In this document: positions 61,820 through 64,000 of the stretch, one piece after another
How positions within the stretch are numbered: position 1 is the first letter of the stretch
How the letters are laid out: the number at the start of each line of letters is the position of its first letter
NCBI RefSeq assembly: GCF_001194135.2
Contig: NC_068994.1
Location: forward strand, 31,248,739-31,312,738
DNA: 64,000 nucleotides
Direction of reading: 5' to 3'
Source of the DNA: Octopus bimaculoides
Lineage: Eukaryota
Position numbers and translations under genes: made by a program
The notes under the pieces: generated by a model
Databases searched by the model: none
Seen by the model: only the letters and a program-made list of their open reading frames with translations
Told to the model about the DNA's origin: nothing

Positions 61820-64000
61820 AGCATTGTTGTTCTAGCTTTATCAGATTTATCAAAAAAGTGATTTGCTTTGCCTTTTTATATAAAATTGAAACTGATGAGG
61901 TTTTAGAGAGGGAGAAAGAGAGAATGGGAGGAAAAATTAGAAAGGAAGGTACAGGGGGGTGAGAGAGGAGAGGGTGGGAGATAAGGAAGATAGGGAAAAC
62001 AATGTAGGAGTGTGTTTTGGGATTGTATTCTTGTTTTTGAGGGGTTTGCCAAGGAATCGAAAAGAAAGAAGAAAAAGTTTGAGAGGGAGGGGGAGGTAGA
62101 GGAGGCGTGGCTTTTGTATCAATGTGGTCAGACTTGTTTGATTCCACTTAGTGACCTTTTGGGTGGGAAAGAAAAGGAATTTTTGGATTCAAGTGGTCAA
62201 AGATTTTAATTGGAAAACCAGATGTTTTCAATTTTCTCCAGTAAGAATTATAATTACATTTCAAGGTTTTGTTTTTTAATTCTTTTGTATTCATTAATGT
62301 TAAGGGGAGAGAATGGTATGGCTATGTTTTTTGAAAACATAGCCATACACAGCTAAATCAAAAACAACATCTAGAATTTTAATCAAACATTTTGACCACA
62401 TCCATACAACCATTCTCTCCCCTTTACATTAATGAATACAAAAGAATTAAAATACAAGACCTTGAAATGTAATTATAATTCTTATTGGAAAAAAATCAAA
62501 AACACCATCTGGTTTTCCAATTAAAAACTTTAACCACTTGAATACAAAAATTCCTTTTCTTCCCTACCCAAAAGGTCATTAAGTAGCAGAAAATAACTTA
62601 TTGAATTCTAATCAAACACTGATACAAAAACCNNNNNNNNNNNNNNNNNNNNNNNNNNNNNNNNNNNNNNNNNNNNNNNNNNNNNNNNNNNNNNNNNNNN
62701 NNNNNNNNNNNNNNNNNNNNNNNNNNNNNNNNNNNNNNNNNNNNNNNNNNNNNNNNNNNNNNNNNNNNNNNNNNNNNNNNNNNNNNNNNNNNNNNNNNNN
62801 NNNNNNNNNNNNNNNNNNNNNNNNNNNNNNNNNNNNNNNNNNNNNNNNNNNNNNNNNNNNNNNNNNNNNNNNNNNNNNNNNNNNNNNNNNNNNNNNNNNN
62901 NNNNNNNNNNNNNNNNNNNNNNNNNNNNNNNNNNNNNNNNNNNNNNNNNNNNNNNNNNNNCAATATAGCTCTAAAAATGTAAATATTTTTATTTACATTT
63001 TTAGCACTTTCTTCCATTACCAGATTTATCAAAAAGGTGGTTTATAGTAAGTTTGCTTTGCCTTTTTATATAGAATTGAAATGGATGATGTTTTAGGACG
63101 AGAGAGAGGGGGAGGAAGGGAGGGGAAGAGGAACAAATTAGAATCGAAGAGGCAGGGGTGAGAGTGGAAGATAGTGAAGAGAAAAAAAAGGAGTGTTTTG
63201 GGGGTTTGCAGAGGGAAAAGATGTTGAATTTTCCTTCTCCACATATTTCCAAATGTTTGCTCAGTGGAATTTTCCATAGCTCTTCTTGTCGGATGTACTG
63301 TCTATGGATTCTTGCGCATTGGCAAAGGGAATTGTTGGTTTCACCAATATAATTCTCCTTGCATTTGGAGCAAGTAATGCAGTATATGAGGTTTTGTGTC
63401 TTGCAGCTCGTATTTGCATTTACTTTGAATAAGAATCCCTTCTTAAATTTTATGTGGGTGTCCCCATCTCTGTATTTGTATTTATTGTTGTTGTAGCATC
63501 TTCCACATCTACTGTCTTCACATTCCTTTACGGAGAATTCTGTTTCGTTCTCTGATGTGAATTTTGCCCTTTTGAGTTGTTTTTTAAGCTTTTTTCTTGG
63601 CATTTACTATTTCATATCTAGCTTTTATCTATCAGGTTTCTGATTTTGGGGGCTCTGTAAGAGTATTGATAGGATTGATTGTGTAACGTGAAAAATATTG
63701 GTTATTCCAGGCTCATGTGTGTTAATAAATGGAATTGCTGGGGGGGGGGCAGCAACTGTCGATCTCATTTTGAGGTCTGTGGGTCTCTGTATTTTTACGT
63801 ATTGATGCCACTGTTCATTTATGGCCTTCTGCATCTTGGAGCTTTTGTGGATTTTGGGCAATCCACAGAGACTGCTCTCTTTGATCATTGAGTTGCATAA
63901 GTGGCTCTTCTCCTTTCGTGGAGAAGGAAGATTCAACATCTTCCCCTTCTACAAATGCTCAAGGAACGACTCAAACTTCTGAAAAACAATGGAGCTACAC
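61820..64000 (-). mobile_element. Penelope-like element, RT mostly deleted, GIY-YIG endonuclease, with repeated and inverted terminal parts
   Basis: GLPKIHKS in ORF 63625-63939; NLIYCITCSKCKENYIGET in ORF 63001-63603; duplicated 3' segment at 61830-62050; + strand EN C-terminal copy at 63920-64000. Confidence 0.85.

Noticed and set aside
61888-61920. Hammerhead ribozyme core (CTGATGAG...GAAA) near the Penelope repeat
   Set aside because: No stem II closing pair, core not kept in the second copy, and antisense to the element

Overview
AT-rich, gap-containing metazoan genomic scaffold. The repeat content (tRNA-derived SINEs with (ATT)n, (GAT)n and (CAA)n tails, RTE LINEs, long (TA)n/(CA)n arrays) and the C2H2 gene are most consistent with an octopus (coleoid cephalopod); this is inference, not a database match. 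Two host genes are supported. (1) The last five coding exons of PACRGL (+ strand, 2638-15279), which the ORF track misses because they are short; all have canonical splice sites and splice in frame. (2) A 466-aa C2H2 zinc-finger gene with an intronless CDS (36523-37923, +): five tandem fingers, four with a near-identical R-x-D-T-L-x-C helix, then a Cys/Asn/Ser-rich domain; its probable non-coding first exon and promoter lie near 21.5-22.4 kb. The rest is mostly decayed mobile DNA: Tc1/mariner copies, RTE, R4-like and CR1/L2 LINE fragments, a near full-length L1/Tx1 LINE (56.8-61.4 kb, -), two Penelope-like elements, Helitron/HINE-like elements, hAT and piggyBac-type MITEs, and at least three SINE families. 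Best leads: the recognition code and Cys-rich tail of the ZNF, inverted SINE pairs bracketing two PACRGL exons, a PHD-type finger inside the RTE reverse transcriptase, stacked hAT MITEs sharing a triplicated target site, fold-back structures at the Penelope element, and possible unannotated spliced antisense transcripts. No clearly new multi-gene system is demonstrable from sequence alone. TE boundaries are approximate unless a TIR or TSD is quoted.
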